From positions 6,677,035-6,741,034 of the forward strand of contig OY760175.1 of NCBI GenBank assembly GCA_963663165.1: a stretch of 64,000 nt of DNA, written 5' to 3'. A program made the position numbers and the translations under genes. Every line of letters starts with the position of its first letter. The first letter of the stretch is position 1. The stretch comes from an uncultured Desulfospira sp. (GTDB taxonomy: Bacteria; Desulfobacterota; Desulfobacteria; Desulfobacterales; Desulfobacteraceae). The notes beneath the pieces were generated by a model, which worked only from the letters and a program-made list of their open reading frames with translations, was not told where the DNA came from and did not search any database. Positions 18,272 through 28,900 of this stretch are shown here, in pieces.

Positions 18272-21200
18272 ATGACACTGCTTGAAAAAGACTGGGATAA
18301 GATGGATCGTGACGATCAAATTATCGCGGTGTCGGCCACGTTAATTGCACCGCCTGTGTCCCTGGATATCTGGGCCAAAGCCGCATCCCTGCCGTCTGTC
18401 AAAGTGCTTCAGCAGGCCCAGCACTTTATCGAACAAAAGGTCATGAAAACCTATGACCCCCTGGGGATTGGATACTATTATTTCAAAGATCCGGATTTGA
18501 TTCAAAACATCCTGGGCTGGTTCGGGGCTGACCAAACCGAAAAAATTGCACGGAGGCTGGTGGATATTGTCCGGTCTGATTATCCGGAAGGCCCGGCCCA
18601 GTGGATGGCCCTGGCCTACATTTATCAGACCGCATATATTGAGCCGCCGGATGCCACGGTACTGATCAAGGCGGCTGAGCACTGCCTTGAACTCAATCTT
18701 CAGGAAGATGCGTCGGTATATTATCAGCTGGTTATTGATCTGATGTCTTTGCCGCCGGATGATCCAACGGCCAAAGGGGCGTATATTGATGCCGTGATCG
18801 GCCTGTTCCGCCACAGTGGCAGCACAATCCCGCTGGACCAGCAGCAGCGCCTGCTGTCCACGGCCCTGGCCTATTCAACATCTATTAAGGATGACCAGCG
18901 TGCCGCCCCGGTCCTGGCCTATCTGGGCAAGGTGTTCAAGCGGCTTGGCAATTATGATCAGGCCGCCGATATGTATGATAAGGCATGGCAGAAAGCTTCA
19001 AAAACCGGTTCTAAACAGGTAAAACGGTATGTGGCCCTGGCCTCGACAGATTTTTTATTCTGGCAGGGCCGTCTGTCCGATGCCATCAAGCGGTATGAAT
19101 ATGTCCTTGGCAATTTAGAAGAACTGCCCGAAGATGAATCTTCTTTGCTGGCCTGCGCCCACCTCGGATGGATTTACGGAAAATGCGGCCAGACCGGGCG
19201 GGGAATCGGGCTGATTAACTCTGTTTTAGGAAAAGCCGCTGAATTAAAACTGGTCCGTTTGACCATCTACGCCAAGGTCCTGTCCGTCAACAGCCTCCAC
19301 GACGCCAGAAAAAATGCCGAAGCCGAACCTATTATTAAAGAGCTGCTTGAGGTTCCCCCTGAACGGCTGGATAAATGGGTCCTCTGGCCCCTTTATGCGG
19401 CAAGGGCCTATGTATACGCCTGTCGGGGGGAGTATCAGACCAGCTTTGAAATGCAAAGTAAAGTTTATGAAATCGCCAGTCAGCTTGGCAACTTCCATCA
19501 CCGGGGCCCCATCAATTTTGAGTCTTTGGATATGTTGGAGGAAAATGGGTTTGTTCATCCCCAGATGAATTACGACGATGAAGTTAAGCGGGTCATCAAC
19601 TGGCCGGATATCTATATGCAGGGGGTGGGATACTATTACCGGGCAAGACGGGTGCTCAAGCAGAACGGATCATCCAAAGCCGCCCATGACGATTTAAAGT
19701 TAAGCATTTCCCTGCTCACACAGTCCGGTGCCAAACTGGATCTGGCCTATTCTCAGATCTTGCTGGGCAAGCTGCTCATTAAGCAGGGATGTCAAAAAGA
19801 GGCACAAGACTATTTAAAAAAGGCGTGGGCCGTGCTTCGGTTTACCAATGAAAGGCTGTTTCCCCAGGATCTTCGTTCTTTTGTCCATGGCCTGAACGGG
19901 GACGGATTTTTCCTCAACCCCCTGATTGAAATCAGTGAAACACTGGGCAGTATCCGAAACAGAAAAAATCTGCTCAATCATATCATCACGCTGACCTTGC
20001 AGTTAACCGGGGCGGAACGGGGTGCTTTTTTCAGCCAATCCAAACAGGGCGGTATCGAAATGATTGCCAGCCGGAATTATGACCCCGAGCAGTTTTTCTC
20101 CCAAGGGTCGCAAAGGGCCATGCCCAATATAAAAAAGGTGATGGAGACGGGGGATGATATCGTCAAACGGCTGGCGGGGGGGGCAAATCATTCAGACCAG
20201 GCGGCCAAAAAATATTCGGGCTGGCAGATCACCTTTCCGGTCAAGCTGCAGGGCAAGGTGCTGGGTGCATTTTTACTGGAACGGAATCTGGACGGCTTTA
20301 CCATATCCGAAAGAACCCGGTCGCTTCTCAAGGCCATCTCCACCCAGGTGGCCGTTGCCCTTGACAATGTCCAGGCATACGAGAAAATCGCAGAGTTAAA
20401 GGACCAGCTCGAAGCCGAAACCCTGTTTTACCGCAATGACCCGTCAACCACGAGACAGGCCAAAGATATCATAGGCGATTCCGCCAAGATAAAAGAGGTG
20501 CTGGCCAAAATTTATGATGTGGCCCCGTCCGATTCCACGGTTCTGATCATTGGAGAGACCGGTGTGGGAAAGGAGCTGGTGGCCAAGGCCATTCATCAGC
20601 TGAGCCTGCGGTCCGGCGGCCCGTTTATTCCCATCAGCATCACTTCGCTGAATGAGAACCTCATCAGCAGCGAGCTCTTCGGCCATGAGAAAGGGGCCTT
20701 TACCAATGCCATGCGGACCCATCACGGCCGGTTTGAACTGTCCAACAACGGGACGCTGTTTTTAGATGAGATCAACTCCCTTTCTTTGGATGTGCAAAGC
20801 AAGCTGTTGCGGGTATTAGAGGAGAAATCCTTTGAGCGGGTGGGTGGTTCTTCTCCCATCAAAACCAATTTCAGGCTCATTGCCGCAACCAATCAGGGCC
20901 TTGATGTGGCGGTAAAAAAAGGGCTGTTCCGGCCGGATCTGTATTACCGGCTTAATGTCTACCCCATCATCGTGCCGCCACTGCGGGAACGAAAGGAGGA
21001 TATCCCGACCCTGGTCTCCTTTTTTGTTTCCCAGTACAATAGAAAATTTGACAAAGATTTCAGGCATATCAACAAAAAGTCCATGAAAAGCCTGATGGCC
21101 TACCACTGGCCGGGAAATGTCCGTGAGCTGAAGCACACCGTGGAGCGGGCCGTTCTGTCCTGTAAGAACAAGCTTCAACTCAGTTTCCCGAACATTACCC

Positions 21201-21400
21201 CTTCTGAAATCGACCCCAACGAAACCCGGTTCATGCCCCTTAAAGAAAATGAACGCCTTCACATTTTAAAGGCCCTAGGCCATTGCAACTGGAAAGTCAG
21301 CGGCAATGACGGTGCGGCAAAGCTGCTCGGGCTTCATCCCCAGACCCTGTATTCCAAAATAAAACGGCTGGGCATCAAAAAGAACGTTTCTATGGTTTAA
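18272..21400 (+). CDS. Sigma-54-dependent transcriptional activator with TPR-like and GAF domains
   Basis: GETGVGKE, SELFGHEKGAFTNA, LFLDEI, RLIAATN, WPGNVREL, C-terminal Fis-type HTH. Confidence 0.92.
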   Translation: MTLLEKDWDKMDRDDQIIAVSATLIAPPVSLDIWAKAASLPSVKVLQQAQHFIEQKVMKTYDPLGIGYYYFKDPDLIQNILGWFGADQTEKIARRLVDIVRSDYPEGPAQWMALAYIYQTAYIEPPDATVLIKAAEHCLELNLQEDASVYYQLVIDLMSLPPDDPTAKGAYIDAVIGLFRHSGSTIPLDQQQRLLSTALAYSTSIKDDQRAAPVLAYLGKVFKRLGNYDQAADMYDKAWQKASKTGSKQVKRYVALASTDFLFWQGRLSDAIKRYEYVLGNLEELPEDESSLLACAHLGWIYGKCGQTGRGIGLINSVLGKAAELKLVRLTIYAKVLSVNSLHDARKNAEAEPIIKELLEVPPERLDKWVLWPLYAARAYVYACRGEYQTSFEMQSKVYEIASQLGNFHHRGPINFESLDMLEENGFVHPQMNYDDEVKRVINWPDIYMQGVGYYYRARRVLKQNGSSKAAHDDLKLSISLLTQSGAKLDLAYSQILLGKLLIKQGCQKEAQDYLKKAWAVLRFTNERLFPQDLRSFVHGLNGDGFFLNPLIEISETLGSIRNRKNLLNHIITLTLQLTGAERGAFFSQSKQGGIEMIASRNYDPEQFFSQGSQRAMPNIKKVMETGDDIVKRLAGGANHSDQAAKKYSGWQITFPVKLQGKVLGAFLLERNLDGFTISERTRSLLKAISTQVAVALDNVQAYEKIAELKDQLEAETLFYRNDPSTTRQAKDIIGDSAKIKEVLAKIYDVAPSDSTVLIIGETGVGKELVAKAIHQLSLRSGGPFIPISITSLNENLISSELFGHEKGAFTNAMRTHHGRFELSNNGTLFLDEINSLSLDVQSKLLRVLEEKSFERVGGSSPIKTNFRLIAATNQGLDVAVKKGLFRPDLYYRLNVYPIIVPPLRERKEDIPTLVSFFVSQYNRKFDKDFRHINKKSMKSLMAYHWPGNVRELKHTVERAVLSCKNKLQLSFPNITPSEIDPNETRFMPLKENERLHILKALGHCNWKVSGNDGAAKLLGLHPQTLYSKIKRLGIKKNVSMV

Positions 21401-21455
21401 AGGCAGATGGGAGACGGAAGACGAAAGGCTTTAGACCGGGGGCTCCCCGGCTGAT

Positions 21456-22861
21456 TCAGTTATGGGTTTTGGCAGGGTTGCCCAAGGATTTAAGCACAAT
21501 GTCATCTCGGGTCTGGTACCGGCCGTCAGGGCCGGGATGGGTCATCAGGCCGCTGCCAGCCTTAAAGTCCAGGGGGCCTTTTGTGAAAAGATCCATGACC
21601 TCTATTTTTTTTCTCCGTTTTTGGGCAATGGCTGCGGTTAACAGATCGGCTTTAATCTTGAGGGTTTCAACCCGGGCCCAGTACGGGGCGAAATCAGGGC
21701 CGGCAACGGAGTTTAACAGCCAGCCGATCATGTTTTTAACCGGCGGCCGGGCAGTATACTGTTTATAGTAGTCCGCTGCCCGGCTTAAATCGGCCGGGTG
21801 GCACCCGTCTGCTTCAATCAGCAGGCAAAATACCGCTTCATCCCGGACAGTGTCAGATGGGGCTTCAGGCCCAGAAAGCAGATTCCCCTTGAAAAACCGG
21901 GGAAAGATGCCCGTGAAGGGTCAACCCGGTCCGGGGGGATGGCCATCACGTCAAGCAATTGTCCGGGGGTAAGGCTTTCCAGAGTATTTTTCAGCATAAG
22001 GTATTCGGATATCAGCCCAAGCCGTAAGGATAAAGCGGATGGGTCAATCTGCCGGGCCATGTGGTCAAGCTGCTCAAGGGTTTTTTCACCGCACCGGTCT
22101 GAACAGATTCCGGTAAATGCCGCTTCCATCCAGGATTCGAGAAGATGGGCAAATAGCAATTTGTCAAATAGTAACCGGGCATCTTGAAAGGCTTTTTTAT
22201 AAAATACGAAAAGAAGGATAAACTCATCTGCGGGGTCCTGCCGGCCTGAATAGACCCCCCATAAAAAATACTGGTTATAAATCCGGGTTAAGGATTTGAA
22301 GGGGGGGGAATTTAAAAAAAGGATGTCATGGTGAATGAGGGTATCGGGTGAAAGGTCACACACGGTATCAAGCTGTGAAAGTTCCCTGATAATTTGTCTG
22401 CTGGCCGTTATTTTTTCAAAGGCCTCTGTGATGGGACCAGGATCATTCAACAAGTCCTCCAATCGGGCCAGTACAGGGCCTGAATCCTTTGGAAAATCCG
22501 TGTCGTTCAGCTGCCTTAAAAACGCATATCCGCCATCTTTTGGGCAGGCCGCATCGGCGTTGTGAAAGTCATTTTCCACCTGTGGGCGGTCATGCCCCAG
22601 CCAGACCAGAACACCACCAGAGACAAGGGCCCAGATCAGAATACCCGCTCTTGCCCCAGACCCGCCTGGCATGCGGCGTCGGCAAATAAGGAGGACAACA
22701 AATATCACAGCCGGAAAAATCATGGCCCCGTAAAGGATGGTTTCAATGGAAAAAAGAGCCTGGTTCACGACCAGAAGGTTGACATGAAAGGCCAATACGG
22801 CCAGGTGAACCAGCAACAGCAGGAAAGCGATGATCGTCAATATAAAAAAGATGGGTTTCAT
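21456..22861 (-). pseudogene. Membrane-anchored hypothetical protein, frameshifted near 21830
   Basis: Three N-terminal TM segments from MKPIFF; after ...MKRYF the reading continues as LLIEADGCHPADLSRAADYY...NMIGWLL in another frame to the stop at 21456. Confidence 0.6.
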
Positions 22862-22864
22862 TAG

Positions 22865-23914
22865 CAACTGCACCGGCGCAACGATGAAATTTTGGACCCC
22901 GCCCATGTCCTCAAGGTCCGGATCGGCCTTCATCTAGGCCAGGTATCGGTCCAGAACGATGTGGATTTTGATCTGTTCGGCCGCCACGTCAACCGGGCCT
23001 CCCGGGTGGAGGGACTGGCCCGGGGCGGCCAGATTTACATGACCTATCCCGTGTTTGACAGTGCCAAAGGGTGGCTGGAATCCCAGGGCGGTAAACAACT
23101 GGTCTGGAAAAAACACGGCCGGTATTTTTTAAAAGGGATCAAGGAAGCCGTAGAGATTTATGAAGTGGCGGATTCGGCAATCCAAAACCCAAAGCCGCCG
23201 GCCAATGCCAGGAAAAAGACTGGCCTGCCGTCATGGGTGGTCATGGTTTTACTGGTCCTGGCCGGTGTCATCGCCTCCTTCGGGGTCAAATATTTTCAAC
23301 GTACCGAGGTCTGGCTGGTTGATTTCTATCCGAAACAGGCCCTGTTCAACCGGACCCATAAGCCCCTGGTGCTGGAGGAATCCAAGGACAAATCCCCGCG
23401 TAAACTGGCAGATCCCGTGCCGGCCGGGCAGTACCTGATCTATTACAAAGTGGCCAAAGGGGTCCGGTTTTTCGGCCCCCTTGAGGTAAAGCGCGGTGAG
23501 AACCGGATCAAAGTGGACTTCAAGGAATACCGGCTGCCCGCCAAAAGCGCCCGGATCAGCCTGACCCCGGAAAACGGGGACACAGACCAGGTTAATTTTT
23601 CAAAAGAGTATACCTATACCCTGTTTGATGCCGTCAATCAGCCCCATGATATGGCCTGCACCCTTTCCTTTACCCTGGACGGCCGCCCTGCAGGAGAGGT
23701 GCCGGACCAGTACGCATTCACCATCAAATGGCAGCTGAATTTAAACCAGAAAATGGTGGCCGACGGCAGCAAGACGCTGACATCCATTAAATCAGATGGC
23801 AAACGCCACCGGTTTGACACGGTGATCTTCAAGGATGATATCCATCAATTTGAATTGAATTTCACCACCATCCGCAACCATGCCCAAGTGGATATCAGTG
23901 GGGTGTTTTTGTAA
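22865..23914 (+). pseudogene. 5'-truncated adenylate/guanylate cyclase domain protein with a TM segment and C-terminal domain
   Basis: Begins mid-domain (QLHRRN...LKVRIGLHLG...DLFGRHVNRASRVEG); the N-terminal metal-binding Asp motifs are missing and an in-frame TAG lies at 22862. Confidence 0.75.
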
Positions 23915-24079
23915 AGGGAGGGGGGCTGTAATTGACCTTGCCTTAAGCGTGATATTTTGGTAGGTATACGTGTTTATAATACGCAAGAGGTATTTTAAAA
24001 TCCGGCCGGCTGTTTGCGTTGTGAATAAGCCGGCCGGAATGTATTCATAAACACACTTTTTCCTTTCCGGAGGCCCTTT

Positions 24080-25549
24080 ATGTCCAATATTCTACCGAAC
24101 CAGGGACTGTCTTTTGATGATGTCCTTCTGGTTCCCGATTATTCAGCCATCCTGCCTGACGAGGTTCAGACCAGGACCCGGCTGACCAAACAGCTTGATT
24201 TGAATATCCCCATTGTCAGCGCGGCTATGGATACGGTCACCGAGGCACTGACCGCCATCAGCATGGCCAGGGCCGGAGGGCTCGGGTTTATCCACCGGAA
24301 CCTGAGCATTGAAGACCAGGTCATCGAAGTGGACCGGGTGAAGAAATCCGAGTCCGGCATGATCGTGGACCCGGTGACGGTCAGCCCGGATGTGCCCATT
24401 TCAGAAGTTCTCAACATCATGGCCAAATACCGGATCTCCGGTATTCCGGTAACCGAAGGCGAAAAACTTGTGGGCATTGTGACCAACCGGGATCTGCGGT
24501 TTGAAACCCAGCTTGCCAAACCCACCAGGGAGGTCATGACCAGTGAAAACCTGGTAACGGTCACGGAAAAATGCTCCCTGGAAGAATCCAAGATCATGCT
24601 CCACAAACACCGGATTGAAAAACTTTTGGTGGTGAACAAGGAAGGAAAACTCAAGGGGCTGATCACCATCAAGGATATCGAAAAAATTAAAAAATACCCC
24701 AATGCCTGCAAGGACTCTTTCGGGCGTCTTCGGGCCGGGGCCGCCATCGGGGTGGGATCGGACATGATGGACCGGGTTCAGGCGCTGCTCAAGGCCGGCA
24801 CCGACGCCCTGGTCATTGACACCTCCCATGGCCATTCTAAGAACGTTATTGAGGCGGTAAAGCGGATCAAAAGTGATTTTCCCGACGCCCAGGTGGTGGC
24901 CGGCAATGTGGCCACGGAAAAAGGGGCCAAAGCCCTGATTGACGCCGGGGTGGATGCGGTTAAAATCGGCATCGGGCCGGGGTCCATCTGTACCACAAGG
25001 ATCGTGGCCGGCGTGGGGGTTCCCCAGTTGACCGCCGTGATGAACTGCAAGGAAATCTCCAAGGCCACCGGTGTCCCCCTCATTGCCGACGGCGGGATCA
25101 AGTTTTCCGGGGATATCTCCAAAGCCCTGGGCGCCGGGGCCCATTCGGTCATGCTCGGCTCCCTTCTGGCCGGAACCCAGGAAAGTCCCGGGGAAATTGT
25201 CATCTACCAGGGCCGTTCCTATAAAGCCTACCGGGGGATGGGGTCTGTGGAGGCCATGAAAAAAGGCAGCTCCGACCGGTATTACCAGAAAGATACCCTG
25301 GAAAATGAAGAGCTGGTTCCCGAAGGTATAGTGGGCCGGATTCCCTACCGGGGAACCGTCAGGGAAAATATTGTCCAGATGATCGGCGGGCTGAAAGCCG
25401 GTATGGGGTATCTTGGGGCCGCCGACATTGAAGATCTTCATGAAAAGGCGAAATTTGTCAGAATCAGTGCTGCAGGCTTAAGGGAAAGCCATGTCCATGA
25501 TGTGGTGATTACCAAGGAAGCGCCCAATTACAGAGTCGAAAGCAGCTAA
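24080..25549 (+). CDS. guaB: IMP dehydrogenase
   Basis: LSFDDVLL, SAAMDTVT, CBS pair, GIGPGSICTTR, YRGMGS. Confidence 0.98.
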   Translation: MSNILPNQGLSFDDVLLVPDYSAILPDEVQTRTRLTKQLDLNIPIVSAAMDTVTEALTAISMARAGGLGFIHRNLSIEDQVIEVDRVKKSESGMIVDPVTVSPDVPISEVLNIMAKYRISGIPVTEGEKLVGIVTNRDLRFETQLAKPTREVMTSENLVTVTEKCSLEESKIMLHKHRIEKLLVVNKEGKLKGLITIKDIEKIKKYPNACKDSFGRLRAGAAIGVGSDMMDRVQALLKAGTDALVIDTSHGHSKNVIEAVKRIKSDFPDAQVVAGNVATEKGAKALIDAGVDAVKIGIGPGSICTTRIVAGVGVPQLTAVMNCKEISKATGVPLIADGGIKFSGDISKALGAGAHSVMLGSLLAGTQESPGEIVIYQGRSYKAYRGMGSVEAMKKGSSDRYYQKDTLENEELVPEGIVGRIPYRGTVRENIVQMIGGLKAGMGYLGAADIEDLHEKAKFVRISAAGLRESHVHDVVITKEAPNYRVESS

Positions 25550-25582
25550 GGGGGTTGAACAAAAAGTCCCCCTTCGGCTGTT

Positions 25583-25880
25583 TTATAAGAAACTGGAGAC
25601 AAGAAACAAGAGACAAGAGGGCGAAGCACCTGCGGTGCCCAATTTATAGTCTACCGTTGCTGGTATCTTCAGTTTCATTATTTGTTGTGGGCGGTTCTTG
25701 GTTGGATAATCCAAGCCGTCCGTGACGGTTATAAGAAACTGGAGACAAGAAACAAGAGACAAGAGGGCGAAGCACCTGCGGTGCCCAATTTATAGGCTAC
25801 CTTTGCTGGTATCTTCAGTTTCATTATTCGTTGTGGGCGGTTCTTGGTTGGATAACCAAAGACGGCCCGTGGCCGTTATA
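25583..25880 (+). repeat. Tandem pair of long-form modular repeat units (copies 8-9)
   Basis: Two ~147-bp units joined at TTATA 25729-25733; long hairpin 1 plus long hairpin 2. Confidence 0.92.
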
Positions 25881-25989
25881 GAAAAATCTGCAATCCTCAC
25901 AACCTTAAGCCGGTAACGGTTGCAGATTTTTCTGCGCCTTGCACCCGGGCAATTTTTTGTCCGAACACCATCTCCCCAAAGGTCAAAAA

Positions 25990-28900
25990 ATGAGTGAATT
26001 ATCTTCCAATTTCTACCATCTTCATGTTCATACGGAATTTTCCCTGCTGGACGGGGCCATCCGGATAGATTCTCTGATTAAACGGTGTCTTGAATACGGC
26101 ATGGATGCCGTGTCCATGACTGACCACGGCACCATGTTCGGGGTGGCCGCATTCTACGAAAAGGCGCGTAAAGCCGGGATTAAGCCGGTCCTGGGCTGTG
26201 AGGTCTATGTGGCGCCCAGGACCCTGAACGACCGGACCCAGCTGGACCATAAGGGGTTAAACCACCTGGTGCTGCTGGCAAAGGACAGGGAAGGGTACGC
26301 CAACCTGTGCAAGCTGGTCTCCATTGCCCAGCTCAAGGGGTTCTATTATAAACCCCGGATCGACCGGGCGCTTTTATCTGAACATGCCGGGGGGCTCATC
26401 GGCCTGTCCGCCTGTCTCAAAGGGGATATCCCCCAGGCCATTATTGAAGGCAATATGGAAAAGGCCGATAAAGCGGCCGAGTACTACCTGAAAACCCTGG
26501 GGGAAGGTAATTTTTTTCTGGAAATCCAGGAAAACGGCATGGAGATCCAGCACCGGGTCAACGAGGGAATTTATGACATGAGCCGGCGGCTGTCCATTCC
26601 CATGGTGGCCACCAATGACTGCCATTATCTGTCAAGGGAGGACAGCACGGCCCATGAGGTCCTGCTGTGCATCCAGACGGGCAACACCCTGACCGACCAG
26701 AACCGGTTCAAGTTTGATTCCGATCAGCTTTACTTTAAATCCCAGCAGGAGATGGTGGACAGTTTAGGCCGGTACCCCGGGGCCATTGAAAACACTTGTG
26801 ACGTTATTTCCCGGTGCAATGTGGAATTTGACGACAAGTCCTACCACTTTCCCCGGTATGCCCAGACCGATGATATTTCAGAAGATGAGCTGTTCAAAGA
26901 AAAGGCCATGGCCGGGTTTGAAAAGAAACTTTCCCTGCTCAAGAAACAGAACCCGGACCTTAACGAAAAAGAATACCGGGACCGGATTGATTATGAAATC
27001 GGCATTATCCTGGACATGGGCTTTCCAGGCTACTTTCTTATTGTGGCCGACTTTATCGAACAGTCCCGGAAGATCGGCGTTCCCGTAGGGCCGGGCAGGG
27101 GGTCTGCAGCCGGTTCCATGGTGGCCTATGCCATGGACATTACCGCCCTTGACCCCATTGAGCACGGCCTGATTTTTGAGCGGTTTCTCAACCCGTCAAG
27201 GATATCCATGCCGGATATTGACGTGGATTTCTGCATTGAAGGCCGGGACCGGGTTTACAAGTATGTGATTGACCGGTACGGCGGGCCTGAAAACGTCTGC
27301 CAGATCATCACCTTTGGAAAGCTTAAGGCCAAGGCCGTTATCCGGGACGTGGGCCGGGCCTTAGGGGTGCTGCTCTCCGAAGTGGATGAAATTGCCAAGA
27401 TGATTCCGGACAATGCCAAGAACCTGACCAAGGCCATTGAAGAGGTGCCGGCCATCCGGGAAAAATGCCAAGAGTCCGAGCAAAAGACCCAGATGCTCGA
27501 GATTGCCCTGCTCCTTGAAGGGCTGCCCCGGCACGCCTCCACCCATGCGGCCGGCGTGGTGGTGGCGGACAAACCCTTAAACGAATACCTGCCGTTGTTC
27601 CGTGGAAAAGAGGGCGAGACCATCACCCAGTTTGACATGAATTATGTCGAACAGCTCGGCCTGGTCAAGTTTGACTTTTTAGGCTTGCGGAACCTGACGG
27701 TGATTAAAAACTGTATTGAACTGATTGAACAGCAGGGGAAAACGCCGCCGGATCTTCTGGAACTTAACTATAAAGATCAAAAAACCTTTGACCTGTTGCA
27801 GAATTCCGATACCACCGGGGTGTTCCAGCTTGAAAGTTCCGGCATGAAGGACCTGATCTCACGGCTCAAGCCCGCTTCCTTTTCAGACATTGTGGCCCTG
27901 GTGGCCCTTTACCGGCCAGGCCCGTTAGACTCGGGCATGGCCGATTCATACGTGGAAAGAAAGCATGGCCGAGAAGAGGTGACCTATCTTTTCGGGGAGC
28001 TGGAACCGGTCCTCAAGGAAACCTACGGGGTAATCCTGTACCAGGAACAGGTCATGAAAATCGCCGGTGTCCTGGCCAGCTACTCCATGGCCGATGCCGA
28101 CGGCTTACGAAAGGCCATGGGAAAGAAAAAGCTGGATCTCATGGAAAAGCACCGCAAGCTGTTCATGGAAGGGGCCAAAAAGAACGGCCATGATCCGGCA
28201 AAGGCTGAAGAACTGTTCAACCTCATGGAAAAATTCGGCGGGTACGGGTTTAACAAGTCCCATTCGGCGGCCTATGCCCTGATCGCCTTTCAGACCGCTT
28301 ATCTGAAGGCCAATTTTACCCTGGAGTTTATTGCCGCCCTCATGACCAGTGAGCGGGGCAATTCCGATGCGGTCCTCAAATACATGGATGAGTGCCGGAA
28401 TCATGACATCAAGGTCCTGCCCCCGGACGTCAACAAAAGCGATGCCCATTTTACCGTGTCCAATGAGTGCATAAGGTTCGGCCTGGCCGCCATCAAGGGG
28501 GTCGGGGATGCGGCCATTGAGTCCATTATTGAGGCAAGGCAGGCAGAGGGGCCCTTTGAAAGTTTGTACGAATTCAGTGAGCGGGTCAACGGGTCCAAGG
28601 TCAATAAGAAAGTTTTAGAAGCCCTGATCAAATGCGGGGCCTTTGACTCCACCGGCGCCAAACGAAGCCAGATGATGGCAGTGCTTGAGGATGTGGTGGA
28701 ACACGGCAGCCGGATACAGAAGGAAAAGGCCGACTGCCAGCTGGACCTGTTTGCCGATTCCGGCATGGGAACGTCCCTGCCGGTCAGTATTCCCAAATTG
28801 CCGGACATGGAGGAGTGGGAGGATACCCACCTGCTGGAACTGGAAAAAGAGGCGTTGGGCTTTTACATCACCGGCCATCCCATGGACAAGTACCGGGATA

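Noticed and set aside
21818..21820. Selenocysteine or readthrough at the TGA of the membrane-protein gene
   Set aside because: The continuation is in a different frame, so it is a frameshift rather than in-frame recoding.
24401..25441. Long antisense ORFs inside guaB, ileS, the acyltransferase and other genes
   Set aside because: Shadow frames of strongly supported genes in GC-rich coding DNA; no motifs.
25722..25916. Short ORFs over repeat copies (also 1599-1856, 11336-11608, 54220-54414)
   Set aside because: They are translations of the non-coding repeat (VVGGSWLDNQ / NGHGPPWLSNQ), not independent genes.
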